The notes below the pieces were generated by a model. The model was not told the DNA's origin, did no database searches, and saw nothing but the letters and a program-made list of their open reading frames with translations. Below are positions 1 to 10,182 of a DNA stretch of 64,000 nt, in pieces. The position numbers and the translations under genes are program-made. Positions within the stretch are counted from its first letter, which is position 1. Every line of letters begins with the position of its first letter. This DNA comes from an uncultured Nitrososphaerota archaeon (GTDB taxonomy: Archaea > Thermoproteota > Nitrososphaeria > Nitrososphaerales > CADDZS01): positions 96,001 through 160,000 of the forward strand of contig CAWCYI010000004.1 in the NCBI GenBank assembly GCA_963799845.1, given 5' to 3'.

Positions 1-1
1 C

Positions 2-589
2 GCGATTTCCCAAATCCCGACCGTTTCGTCGCTGGAAGAAATGCCCTTGGTGGTAAACCTCATCGGGTTGAACTCAGCGATTTCAAACCTCGTATCCGAA
101 CGGGAGTCCTTGAGCAAGCGCGAGCTCGGCTTCAAGATTGTGGATACCGCAAGCAAAGTTGCTTCAGAGAAATCCGAGAAGTTGGGCCACAAGGGACTCA
201 TCTCAATGATCCACCTTGAGGGCACCGAGCGTCTTTCCGATATTGATGTCGAGAAATACGGCAGATCGCAGGAGACCCGACACGGCGGTTATCAGGAGGG
301 CATAATTGCGCAGTCCGAGCTTCTGGACGATCAGGGCGCGATGAGCGAGATCGCGGAACTTTCCCGGGCGGCTATCGGCGGAGCGCTCGTACGGATTGGT
401 TTTCCGAAGGAGCTGGGTGAAACTCAGAATTTTGGAAATGCAGTATCCGGCGTGTCTGGGAAAATACCCTTCGCCAGACTTTCTCGGAGTCCCGACATCT
501 GCAAAAAATGTGGCATGAAAGTTTTTGGCGGCGGGAGGTGTTCTTACTGCAAGTCGACTTCACTGATTCCACAAACAATTTTGATTTAG
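2..589 (+). CDS. C-terminal part of an NrdD (class III RNR)-like protein, 5'-truncated by the window edge
   Basis: Frame is open from base 2; C-terminal CKKC..CSYC zinc ribbon after an NrdD-like 'FARLSRSPDIC' segment; no RxxGY glycyl-radical loop. Confidence 0.5.
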   Translation, partial: AISQIPTVSSLEEMPLVVNLIGLNSAISNLVSERESLSKRELGFKIVDTASKVASEKSEKLGHKGLISMIHLEGTERLSDIDVEKYGRSQETRHGGYQEGIIAQSELLDDQGAMSEIAELSRAAIGGALVRIGFPKELGETQNFGNAVSGVSGKIPFARLSRSPDICKKCGMKVFGGGRCSYCKSTSLIPQTILI

Positions 590-924
590 AATTTTTATGA
601 AAATATCAGAAACATTTAGGCAGACCAGATTTTTCAAGAGTTTGCCTGATCGGAAATCCAAGAGTAAACTGTTTTGCACAAAGGTCTTCTCGTCACTGCT
701 TTGAGCGATGTCAATTCTAGTTCACTTATTTTTCGGGCAAAAAATTTTTCGATGTCGGAGATTTCCGAGCTCGCTTAATGTTAAATATTCTACTGCATCC
801 TAGTTTGGCGCTTAATGACCAAAGAGAAAATCGCGAACCTTGAGCCAATTCCCAAGAGAGGTTTGAGCGGGGGAACAGTGATTTTTTCTCTGATAAATCA
901 TGCAAGAGTTGCTGACTGTTATTT

Positions 925-942
925 TGCTCGAGATCTCGAGCA
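925..942. promoter_or_regulatory. Perfect 18-bp palindrome upstream of nrdJ, a candidate operator
   Basis: TGCTCGAGATCTCGAGCA, ~90 bp upstream of the nrdJ ATG. Confidence 0.35.
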
Positions 943-1029
943 TTACCCTTAATTCCGTGAACGGCCTATTGCTAGTTAACGGTGCCCAAAAATCCGAACA
1001 AAAATTGAGCAAATGAGCGTGTAATAAAC

Positions 1030-3340
1030 ATGGAAACTGGATCTATTGACGACAAAGTTGCAGAAGAGGTCGAGGATGTTGAAGAAGTGGCAGGCGAATT
1101 AGAACAAATTGCTGTTCCTATCGAGTTGCCCAAAGAAACTCTCGATTTCTTCGGAGGAGACGAACTGAGGGCCAGAGTGTTTTATGAAAAATATGCTCTG
1201 AAGGATGAGAACCGTGCGGTTGTTGAGAGGACCCCAGTTCAGATGTGGGATCGAGTCAGCTCGCGAACTCGCCTCCGTTGAAGCTACTCAGGAAAAGAAG
1301 GAAGAGTGGACGAAAAAATTCTACTGGTTATTGGAGAACTTTAGGTTTGTCCCGGGAGGACGAATAATGTTTGGAGCGGGTCAGTCCCGGAAATCTACTC
1401 TGCTTAATTGTTATTATCTGCCGATAAAGGCCGATTCGCTGGAAGAAATCTTTGAATTTTGCAAAGAGGCAGGTAGAACATACTCTTACGGTGGTGGAGT
1501 CGGAACTGATATCTCGATCCTGAGACCCAAGGGAGCGCCTGTAAACAACTCTGCCGTCGTATCAACCGGCGCGGTGTCCTTCATGGAACTTTTCTCCGTC
1601 ACGACCGGAACAATCGGACAGGCGGGGAGGCGTGGCGCGCTGATGATCACGATTCACGTCGATCATCCCGACGTCGTTGATTTCATCGATGCAAAACGAG
1701 ATCTTTCCAAAGTGAATCATGCAAACATTAGTGTCTGCATTACCGATAAATTTATGCAAGCGGTTGAGAGGGATGACAATTTTGTCCTCGCGTTCAAGAA
1801 TGACAAGGCAGATGTCAAACGAGTCATAAATGCGCGCGAGCTCTGGGACAAGCTCGTTCGCTCAGCTTGGCTTTCCGCCGAGCCCGGAATTATTTTCTGG
1901 GACAACGTCAAGAATGAATCACCGACCGAATACAACGGGATGGAGGTCCACGGCTTTAATCCGTGTTCGGAGCAGTGCCTCGAAGATTACGGCTGTTGCT
2001 GTCTTGGCAATATCAATCTCTCCTCCTTTGTTGTTGATGAATTTTCCGATCGCGCCAGAATAGACTGGAGGAACCTTGAGAAAGCTCTGCGCTATGCGAC
2101 TCGCTTTCTGGATAACGTGCTCGACTACAACTCCGACAAACACCCGTTAGAGCAACAGAGGAAGGCCTCTATGTGGTCTCGCCGAATCGGCGTCGGTTTT
2201 ACCGGATTTGCTGACATGCTGATCAAACTCAACCTGAAATACGACTCTCCTCAGTCGTTAAAGATGGTTGACAGGCTGTTCGAGAAGGTCAAGAACATCT
2301 GCTACGATGAAAGCTGCAACATCTCGGTCGAAAAGGGTCCGGCTCCAGCTTTCATTGCGGAAAAGCATCTCGCGCGGCCGTTCATTCAGAGGCTCGATTC
2401 TTCGGTAAAGCAGAAGATCGCTTCTCACGGTGTGCGAAACTCTTGCGTATTGACTGTACCTCCGGTTGGAAGCGGCGCAATTCTCGCTGGGACAACATCA
2501 GGCATCGAACCGATCTTTGCGCTGAGCTACGTTCGCAAATCAAAATCCCTTTCGGGCGATTCTTTCAAAGTGTTCCATCCGCTCGTCCAGCAGTACATGA
2601 AGAGATTTTCGTTGAAGAACGAAAGTGATCTTCCGGACATTTTCGTCACGGCGCACAACCTCAAGGCGGATTCTAGGGTGCAGATGCAAGGGACGATCCA
2701 GAAGCATATCGATTCGAGCATTTCCAGCACGGTCAACATTCCCAAAGAATCAACTGTTCAGGATGTCAAGGACATTTACTTCCAGGCCTGGAGATCAGGT
2801 TGCAAGGGCATTACCGTTTACAGAGAGGGCGCCAGGGAAGGAATCTTGCTCACGAACGAAGAAGCTGCCGCGCAAAAAGGTGTGACGGGACAACAGCACA
2901 AATTCGAAAGACCAAAGATCCTGACCGGTCAGACTCTCAAGATGAAGATCCCACAGGGTAGTCTCTACGTCACTGCAAACAAGAATGGGGACAATATCAT
3001 CAGAGAAACATTCGTGACTCTCGGCAAATCTGGCGGCGACGAAAAGGCGGACGCTGAAGCTATCGGAAGGCTGATCAGCCTGTATCTCCAGCACGGTGGG
3101 AGCATACAGGAAGTAATCCACACCCTCAAGGGAATTCAGGGGCGGGACGTTTCGTGGGACAATGGTCAACAGCTGCTCTCAGTGCCCGATGCGGTTGCGA
3201 AAGCGCTTGCAAACTTGAATGGGACTATCATAGAATCAAAGCCCGAACTGAAGCACTGCCCTGATTGCGGCGAAAGTAGCATCATATACGAGAATGGGTG
3301 CTTCCGCTGCACTTCGTGTGGATATAGTAAATGCCAATGA
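1030..3340 (+). CDS. nrdJ: Class II (adenosylcobalamin-dependent) ribonucleotide reductase with C-terminal TSCPD/zinc-ribbon region; one extra base at ~1257
   Basis: PGGRI, LLNCY, GGGVG, NPCSEQ and GCKGITVYR motifs; removing C1257 joins ORFs 1030..1281 and 1205..3340 into 769 aa (..MWDRVARELAS..). Confidence 0.93.
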
Positions 3341-3347
3341 TCGTTGA

Positions 3348-3860
3348 CTAGACCGCTATGGTTGGACTATAGGGGTCTTCTTTTTTTTCAATCTTCTTCA
3401 CAAATTGGCAGTTCATGCAAAGTACCTGAAACCCCTTTGGGAAGTCGTGCAGTTTTATCCAAGAATGTAGGGTTCCTCCGCTTATTTTCAGCTCTCGTCG
3501 ATGCAGAGCTCCCTTGCTGTCGATATGGTCAAGGGTCAAGCACCCGGTCTGTAAACGATCTTTCGTGTAGCCCGTAAGGGTTGAGACAAAAAGGCGGCGT
3601 TCCCGAATAATGCGCTGAGAACTTAATTTGGTTTTAGCGCGTATTCCTCTTAAACGATCCCTCATTTTTTCTGGGTTTTTTCTGTAGTAATTGACAAATC
3701 TATTATTATGGTACTCTCGGTCGTTTCTTGTCCATTCCTGCATGTACGGCTTTAAGAATACGTAGTGACACTTTCTACATCTACCTCGAAAGTAGATCTT
3801 TCCCGCTCTCCCGACACATCGGTATCCGTTAGATTCTTGTATCTCAATTCCGCATGAGAT
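3348..3860 (-). pseudogene. Degenerate HNH-type endonuclease
   Basis: LTLDHID..G..HRRE..GG..FPKGFQVLCMNCQ..K motif; in-frame CRKC upstream of the ORF start but no start codon before a stop; middle segment looks frameshifted. Confidence 0.6.
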
Positions 3861-3986
3861 GCCTAAAATTTAGGCACTTCGGGTCGGCTTTTGCGTATTC
3901 CGCCAGTTTATTTCGCTGTTTGTCAACTTTTGCTAATCATCGGTCATGGTTTGATTCTGACTTATGGCTATAATAAATGCGATTAA

Positions 3987-4928
3987 TTATGGATTGAGTA
4001 TCAGTGAGAGCAGGGCAGCTCTCACGTTTCTCCCGTACTGCATCTGCTTGAAGTAACGTGCCTGAGTGGATTGGTCGACGTCTTGTCTTATTTCATCGAC
4101 CCGGGGAAGTGGGTGCATTACGATTGCATCCGGCTTCATTTTCTTCACATGCTCAGCGTCAATGAAATAAGATCCCTTCACCTTTTCGTACTCCTGCTCG
4201 TCCGGGAAGCGCTCCTTCTGAATCCTAGTCATGTACAGGACATCAAGATCAGGCAGGATCTCCTGCAAACTTTCATTTTCGACAAGCTCGATTGTTTTTG
4301 ATTTTCCCGGGACGTTGCCCAGATCGTGCGTCGCCTCCTGTCGTATCTTCAGCCCCGGAGGTGAGACCAGATTAATTCTCACATCATATTTTGCGAGACC
4401 GAAAATCAAAGAGTAGACAGTTCGCCCAAACCTCAGGTCTCCCACTATTCCGATCCTGAGGCCATCGATCCGCTTTTTTTCCTTCATGATGGTGTAGAGA
4501 TCAAGCATCGCCTGCGTGGGGTGCTCTTCAGTTCCAGCTCCTCCGCTGATTATCGGCTTTGAGGCGATCTCTGCAGCAAACCTGGCCGCGCCCTCCATCG
4601 GGTGCCTAAGCACGAGAACATCCGAATTTGCTTCCACGACTCGGACCGTATCGGCCAGGGACTCTCCTTTTTCAATCGAAGTTGTCCTCGTTTCGCTGAA
4701 GCCAACAGATATGCCTCCAATTGAAGCCATTGCGGATTCGAAGCTGAGCCGGGTTCTCGTGCTAGGTTCGAAAAACATGATGCCGAGAATACGGCCTTCG
4801 CCAAGTGCGACTTTTTCGCGATATTTCATGTCGATCAATTTATCGGTAGTCGCGAACAGCAGTTCGAGCTCATCTCGTCCGAAATCTTTCATCGAAAGTA
4901 TATCGCGTCTAAAGAATGGATTGGGCAA
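3987..4928 (-). CDS. pyrB: Aspartate carbamoyltransferase catalytic subunit
   Basis: FFEPSTRTRLSF, HPTQ and HPLPR motifs. Confidence 0.97.
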   Translation of the reverse strand: MPNPFFRRDILSMKDFGRDELELLFATTDKLIDMKYREKVALGEGRILGIMFFEPSTRTRLSFESAMASIGGISVGFSETRTTSIEKGESLADTVRVVEANSDVLVLRHPMEGAARFAAEIASKPIISGGAGTEEHPTQAMLDLYTIMKEKKRIDGLRIGIVGDLRFGRTVYSLIFGLAKYDVRINLVSPPGLKIRQEATHDLGNVPGKSKTIELVENESLQEILPDLDVLYMTRIQKERFPDEQEYEKVKGSYFIDAEHVKKMKPDAIVMHPLPRVDEIRQDVDQSTQARYFKQMQYGRNVRAALLSLILNP

Positions 4929-4984
4929 ATTGATCTTCCCGAAAGTTCGTCATCTTATTTTGTCGCGACCTGCAGAATAAGAGT

Positions 4985-6154
4985 TTGTATGTCGTGCGGC
5001 CAAATCATTTGACATTATTGCCATCGCAACTTTATGTACCTATTTCACGCAAACGTTTAAAGCAATTTTTTGAGGCTTTTTCTTGGTCTGGCCGAATCTT
5101 CTTGAGCAAGAGCGTTTATTCGGGAACAAAGGCATTCGCGATCAGGGGTTCTATTCTGACCTACGAACAGCTCGATGAGCTGGCGGACTCCGATAGTCTA
5201 GATACGTTTGTTTCAAAACTGAAAGGAACGCCCTACGGTGACTCGCTCTCTGACCTCCAAAAGCCGTATGATACAGTCAAAATAGAGCTCGCGCTACGAC
5301 ACCGTCTGGTGAAAGTCGCGAGGTCGATGATCACCGCGACGTCAAATTCCAAGGTTTTGCAGGCTTATTATTCCAAGTTTCTTGCTGACAATCTCAAAAC
5401 GATCCTGAAGGGAATGGCTCTCGAAAAAGTCTACGAGGATACATCGAGGTTCGTTGATCTTTACGCGGAGGAACTGGTTGGGAGTAGGGATATCATCGTG
5501 AGAGTGCTCGCTTCGCGTCGACTGGATGAGGCTGTTTCTACTTTGAGGTCAACCCAGTTCGGCGAAGCCGCGGAAGCTGCGGCGAAAGCGTTCACCGAAA
5601 CCAAGAACTTTCAGGTTTTTGATATTTTCATCGATCGTGCGTACTATCGGACGCTACTCAACGGTTTCCTCGCTGAGAGAACTGACAAGAGAGATCTCAG
5701 AGAAGTAATTGCGCTGGATGTTGACGGGTTTAATGTTACTTCGGTTCTTAGAGCAAGAGAATGGGGCTTATCCCCGGCGGATGCAGAGCAGCTCATCGTA
5801 GAACCCGAGTTCAAAGTTCCAAGAGAGGTATTGGTAGCACTAGCCAGATCTGAAACTCCCGGAGAGTCGATCTCCCAGCTTGATAAGACTCCGTATGCCG
5901 GGTTAATTTCTCAGCAGGATTCGACAAACCCCGCTTGGATTTCTATGCTGGAAGCTGGCTTTGAACGATTGAAACTTAGGGCAGCGAAGAGAACCTTCAC
6001 GTGGGACATCTTTAGTACAAGCGAAGCCCTCGGGGTTTTGAAGCTCTTGGAGTACGAGATAAGGGCGCTCGCGGCGATAGGATTCGGAATCGAGCAGAAA
6101 ATTCCGAGGAATGAGATAATGCAGAAGATTTCAGGCTATGGACAGGATGCCTAG
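4985..6154 (+). CDS. atpC: A/V-type ATP synthase subunit C (true start probably TTG near 5102)
   Basis: Size and patterns LKGTPYG, IDRAYY, LDKTPY and LLEYEIRAL typical of AhaC. Confidence 0.85.
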   Translation: MYVVRPNHLTLLPSQLYVPISRKRLKQFFEAFSWSGRIFLSKSVYSGTKAFAIRGSILTYEQLDELADSDSLDTFVSKLKGTPYGDSLSDLQKPYDTVKIELALRHRLVKVARSMITATSNSKVLQAYYSKFLADNLKTILKGMALEKVYEDTSRFVDLYAEELVGSRDIIVRVLASRRLDEAVSTLRSTQFGEAAEAAAKAFTETKNFQVFDIFIDRAYYRTLLNGFLAERTDKRDLREVIALDVDGFNVTSVLRAREWGLSPADAEQLIVEPEFKVPREVLVALARSETPGESISQLDKTPYAGLISQQDSTNPAWISMLEAGFERLKLRAAKRTFTWDIFSTSEALGVLKLLEYEIRALAAIGFGIEQKIPRNEIMQKISGYGQDA

Positions 6155-6156
6155 AA

Positions 6157-6669
6157 TCACTGAATCGGACTCTCCTGCTGCATCTGTTTAATTTTCCATT
6201 CCAGCGCTTGCTTGAACTCTGCGTTATCTATCAGGTTCAAGTTCTTCCCGCAGGTCGGACACTTGAAGAAGGCCTCCATCGCCTCCTCAAAAGTCAACTT
6301 CTTGCAGGTCGGAGTATCGCAGCTGTAGAATTCGTGCTCTCTTTCATAATCCAGCCTCTGCCTCAATCGCTCAAGAGCTTTCTTTTTCTGCGTCTCGATG
6401 AAGCCGTCTACCTGGTCTCGCTGCGCCTTCCAGCGGTAGACAAACCATCCTCTTTTCAGGTCACGAACCCTGATCCCCGATATTAGGGACCTGCCGAAGA
6501 GATCGTACAGGGCCTTCCGCACCGAATTTATCTTGAGCCCCGTCGCGCTCGCAATTTCTTCGTCGGTTGCATTTTCATTGTTCAGTAGCGCTCTTGCGAC
6601 CTTTACGTAATCTTCTCCACCCAGAAGACTTGCGATCTTCACAAACGAATCCTCATATTCAATTTTCAT
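6157..6669 (-). CDS. tfe: Transcription factor E alpha
   Basis: Winged helix TDEEIA..VRKALYDL, GWFVYRW, and zinc ribbon FKCPTCG. Confidence 0.95.
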   Translation of the reverse strand: MKIEYEDSFVKIASLLGGEDYVKVARALLNNENATDEEIASATGLKINSVRKALYDLFGRSLISGIRVRDLKRGWFVYRWKAQRDQVDGFIETQKKKALERLRQRLDYEREHEFYSCDTPTCKKLTFEEAMEAFFKCPTCGKNLNLIDNAEFKQALEWKIKQMQQESPIQ

Positions 6670-7237
6670 TTACAAATTCAACCTTCTTGCTCCGCAAACT
6701 TGGTTTTATCCGTAGTCTAGCCTTGCTAAAGGTATTATACAGCTCTTCTCCCATAAAAAGCCTATCAAGGAAGACTGCGAGCGCTGCTACTTCGCTGTGG
6801 GGCTGGTTTCCTACTGAAATATTATGGTCGGCAGCGGAGTAAATTTCGGCAGGGACCTTTTCCGCGCCTACGACCAAAAGCAGTTCTTCACTTTCATTTC
6901 GTCTTATCTTCTCCAGTCCGGTGTCGAGATTTTCTCCATACATGGTTAGGTGAACCTTGATTCCCTTCCAGTTCCGGATGAATTCTCTCCAGTTCTTGAT
7001 GTAGACAACTTCGAACTCTCCTCCCCATCTTTGACTCAGCCGGCTAATTGAGTCGAGTGTGTGATCGTCTGCTCCCGTCAGAACTAGTTTTTTGGCGCCA
7101 AACGCCCTAGATACCAGGCCAATGTGAGTGCTGATCCTTTCGTCCCTTACGAGACGGTGTCCCAACCTAAGGACGGTTACTGAAATTTTTCGAACGTTCT
7201 CAGACGAATCTGTATTAGCGGCAGGGCGGGGTTTCAT
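6659..7237 (-). CDS. trm56: tRNA (cytidine56-2'-O)-methyltransferase
   Basis: LRLGHR..RDERISTH, VHLTMYG, VGAEKVP and NQPHSEVAALAVFLD motifs. Confidence 0.95.
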   Translation of the reverse strand: MKPRPAANTDSSENVRKISVTVLRLGHRLVRDERISTHIGLVSRAFGAKKLVLTGADDHTLDSISRLSQRWGGEFEVVYIKNWREFIRNWKGIKVHLTMYGENLDTGLEKIRRNESEELLLVVGAEKVPAEIYSAADHNISVGNQPHSEVAALAVFLDRLFMGEELYNTFSKARLRIKPSLRSKKVEFVNEN

Positions 7238-7258
7238 CTTCGAGCCGATAGCAAAAGG

Positions 7259-7762
7259 CTAGTTGTCGCTGGATATTTCGTCTTCCGCCGGCACAAAGAG
7301 CTCAATTTTCAGGAAGTGCTCTAACTTTCGAGCAAGCGCATCGGTCGGCTTTATCGAGCCTGCTTCAAGATGGCTGATCACTGAGGGTTTCTCGTTAATT
7401 TTCATGCCAAGCTCGTCCTGTTTGATTCCGAGCACCTCTCTCGCATTCTTGATCACCTTGCTGTAATCCTCGCGCAAAACCATTTCATCATTTTCGTAAT
7501 AGTTGCTGGAGGGACCGATTGAAGAAGGACCAGGCCGGCTGGGGCTTCTTGGAGTAGACGAAAAGCCGGCTCCGCTCGTCGATCGTTGAGGTCTCGCAGC
7601 TGGCTTTGGGGCTCGTACCGGCGTACCTAACTTTGAGCAGCTGTTGCAAACTCGAAATACTCCACCGTCCATGTTTACAACCTGAACTTCGCCACGGATA
7701 TTACTGCCACATAATTCACAATTCAACAGAAATTCCAAATCCAATCCAAGCGAAACACGCAT
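7259..7762 (-). CDS. Archaeal multiprotein bridging factor aMBF1
   Basis: N-terminal CELCG..VCNSC zinc ribbon plus C-terminal Cro-type HTH (ARKLEHFLKIEL). Confidence 0.92.
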   Translation of the reverse strand: MRVSLGLDLEFLLNCELCGSNIRGEVQVVNMDGGVFRVCNSCSKLGTPVRAPKPAARPQRSTSGAGFSSTPRSPSRPGPSSIGPSSNYYENDEMVLREDYSKVIKNAREVLGIKQDELGMKINEKPSVISHLEAGSIKPTDALARKLEHFLKIELFVPAEDEISSDN

Positions 7763-7771
7763 TTATGTGCT

Positions 7772-8344
7772 TTGCAACTAGAGGCTTATCCAATATCGAA
7801 GGTCAGCGACGACTTGCGGGAAAAAATCAAGTCACACATCAAGAATCGCAATTCAAAAAGTGAGCAATTCGACAAGTCAAAGACCTCGATGAGCTTGGAT
7901 TACATATTTGGATCTAAGGTTTCAGGGAAGATAGATTTTTCAAATATAGCTTTTGTGCATTCTAGAAGGACGGGAAGAATAAGACACCTGACCGATAGGA
8001 GAACGGGTAATGTACTCTTTAGCTTCCGTCCTAATGGAACCATCGCTCCAACAGTTGCCGGGGCTAATCTGTTATCGTCAAGGAAAAATAATTCTAAGAG
8101 AAGATCTTCGCGAGATTGGGAAATCACGGTAATTGATGGGGTATCCGAGGTCGTCTCGAAGGGAAAAACCGTGTTTTGTAAACATGTGGTCCATTGCAGC
8201 GATTTGCTCCGTCCTGGGGAAGATGTTTCTATTCTGAATGAGAAAGGGGAGCTTCTGGCCGTGGGAAAAACGGTCTTAGGTGGTCCCACCGTGAAACAAT
8301 TTAAGAGGGGACAGGCAGTTAAGATTCGAGAGGGTTCCGCCTAG
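7772..8344 (+). CDS. PUA-domain RNA-binding protein
   Basis: SRRTGRIR, GKTVFCKHV, LRPGEDV..LLAVG and AVKIREG motifs. Confidence 0.85.
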   Translation: MQLEAYPISKVSDDLREKIKSHIKNRNSKSEQFDKSKTSMSLDYIFGSKVSGKIDFSNIAFVHSRRTGRIRHLTDRRTGNVLFSFRPNGTIAPTVAGANLLSSRKNNSKRRSSRDWEITVIDGVSEVVSKGKTVFCKHVVHCSDLLRPGEDVSILNEKGELLAVGKTVLGGPTVKQFKRGQAVKIREGSA

Positions 8345-8692
8345 ATGCCGCAGATGAATTTGGACAATCGACAGGCGCGTCGAATGATGGATCGTATGGG
8401 TGTCAGTATGGATCAGATTGACGGGGTTGAAGAAGTGATCATAAGAACTGCCGACAAAGATCTAGTCATCAAGAGTGCCAGCGTTTCCGAAGTCAGAATG
8501 AAAGGGCAGGCGAGGATTTTTCAAGTCTCTGGTGAGGATGTCGAGGAGAGAATGCGTGAGAAACCAAAATATACGAAAGAGGATGTGTTGCTTGTCGCAC
8601 AACAGGCCACTGTCTCCGAGGCAAAAGCCGAACAAGCGTTGAAGGATAACGACGGAGATCTTGCGACCGCGATTTTGAAGCTCTCGTCTTAG
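8345..8692 (+). CDS. nac: Nascent polypeptide-associated complex protein
   Basis: MMDRMG..VEEVIIR NAC domain plus UBA-like tail (GDLATAILKL). Confidence 0.93.
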   Translation: MPQMNLDNRQARRMMDRMGVSMDQIDGVEEVIIRTADKDLVIKSASVSEVRMKGQARIFQVSGEDVEERMREKPKYTKEDVLLVAQQATVSEAKAEQALKDNDGDLATAILKLSS

Positions 8693-8801
8693 CTCCGAAA
8701 GTTACTGCAAACTTTAAGACAGTCGCACGGATCGCTTGTTTCTAATTTAGATTATTTCGTGCAGATTTTGAAATTTTTCTCGTTATTTTGGTAGTAGTGG
8801 A

Positions 8802-9191
8802 GTGGAAATAGGTTGGCGGTTGAAGCTGAAAACAAAGATCCAGGGTTCTGAGTATTATCCGGATAAGAACGCTTCGAAGATTCAGAATGCGATTACCGTA
8901 CTTTCGGAAATGGAAACTAATTTGGACGGTCTTTCCGCTCAAGTTGCTGATCTGAAAAAGAAATTACTGAACTTTGCGGAGATCGAATCGGAGAAGGCTA
9001 AAGCTGAGATTATAGAACAGGCGAACAAGGAGGCGCAGGACGCCCTCGATCAAGCCAGAGCGGCTGCGCAGAATGAAGCGAGTTCGATTGTGGCCAAAGG
9101 AATTTCAGAGACAAACGAATTAAGAGAAAAGATTACCGGCAAAGTCTCCGAGGCGGTAAACATCATCGTCAGTTCCGTCCAATCGGTCTGA
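8802..9191 (+). CDS. A-type ATP synthase subunit H (peripheral stalk), probable
   Basis: Ala/Glu/Lys coiled coil at the head of the F-E-A-B-D operon. Confidence 0.7.
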   Translation: MEIGWRLKLKTKIQGSEYYPDKNASKIQNAITVLSEMETNLDGLSAQVADLKKKLLNFAEIESEKAKAEIIEQANKEAQDALDQARAAAQNEASSIVAKGISETNELREKITGKVSEAVNIIVSSVQSV

Positions 9192-9227
9192 TATGCCGAA
9201 AGTTGCAATGCAGGGTGAAATAGATTC

Positions 9228-9524
9228 TTGAGAGTAGTCGCCATAGGCAGTCGCGGTTTCGTTGCCGGTTTTGAACTCGCTGGTATGGACGGAATTAGAG
9301 TGGAGAATTCCCAGGAAGCTCTAACCCAAATTGAAAATAATCTGAATAAAACCGACGTGGCCCTGATCCTAGTTTCAGACGATGTCTCGGGGCCAATCCA
9401 TGATACGTTAACTGAGATCAGAACAAAGCGATCCATGCCGCTTATCTATGAAATACCTGCTCCAGGCAGCAAGAAAGAAAAAGTGGAGTACCGAGCGATG
9501 CTAAAGTCAATTTTGGGAGTCTAG
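9228..9524 (+). CDS. atpF: A-type ATP synthase subunit F
   Basis: VAIG..FVAGFELAG..PLIYEIP pattern; operon position. Confidence 0.93.
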   Translation: MRVVAIGSRGFVAGFELAGMDGIRVENSQEALTQIENNLNKTDVALILVSDDVSGPIHDTLTEIRTKRSMPLIYEIPAPGSKKEKVEYRAMLKSILGV

Positions 9525-9531
9525 AGCGATT

Positions 9532-10137
9532 ATGAGTGGAATAGATTACACGGTAAAGAAGGTTAGCGACGAAGCCCTAAACGAAATGATTCAAAACATT
9601 GCCGACTCAAAAAATGCGGCGCTAGAAGTGGTTACAAAGAAAATGGCTGAAGCGCAAACTGAAGCAGTGAGAATTTCCGAGCAGGAAAGGAGACAGGCTG
9701 AAGCCCTGAAGCGGCAGATTATCGGTAGCGCTGAAATGACTTCGAGGAACCGCACACTGGAAATAATCGAAGACAATCTCAACTCGGCATTTTCTCAGGC
9801 GCTGAAGAAATTAGAGTCAACAACCAGCGGAGCGGATTATGCAAGGATCATGAAGTCTTTAGTTTTGGAAGGCATGGATGAAGTGGGCGGAAACGATTTT
9901 GTTATTTCAGCCAACACCCGAGATCAGCAAAATCTTCAACAGGTTATCGACAGTGTTTCAAGGGAAAAGGGAGTTAAGATCACTAGATCTGATTCTCGAC
10001 TATCGAACACCGTTGGCGGCGTTGTTATCTCATCTGCTGATGGATTTGTGACGTTTGATAACACCTACGAAGCAAGGCTTGAAAGATTAAAACCCGAGTT
10101 GCGAAAGCAAATTGCCCAGCTATTCACTGGAGTCTAG
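9532..10137 (+). CDS. atpE: A-type ATP synthase subunit E
   Basis: Coiled-coil N-terminus and GGVVI..DG..FDNTYEARL. Confidence 0.93.
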   Translation: MSGIDYTVKKVSDEALNEMIQNIADSKNAALEVVTKKMAEAQTEAVRISEQERRQAEALKRQIIGSAEMTSRNRTLEIIEDNLNSAFSQALKKLESTTSGADYARIMKSLVLEGMDEVGGNDFVISANTRDQQNLQQVIDSVSREKGVKITRSDSRLSNTVGGVVISSADGFVTFDNTYEARLERLKPELRKQIAQLFTGV

Positions 10138-10182
10138 ACTAACAGAAAGATATTTTGGATTAGTGTTGGTGTAAAAAGAAGT

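Noticed and set aside
1240-1281. Programmed frameshift, intron or intein in nrdJ
   Set aside because: No slippery sequence or intein motifs; the same TCAGCT signature recurs in four unrelated genes, once on the non-coding strand
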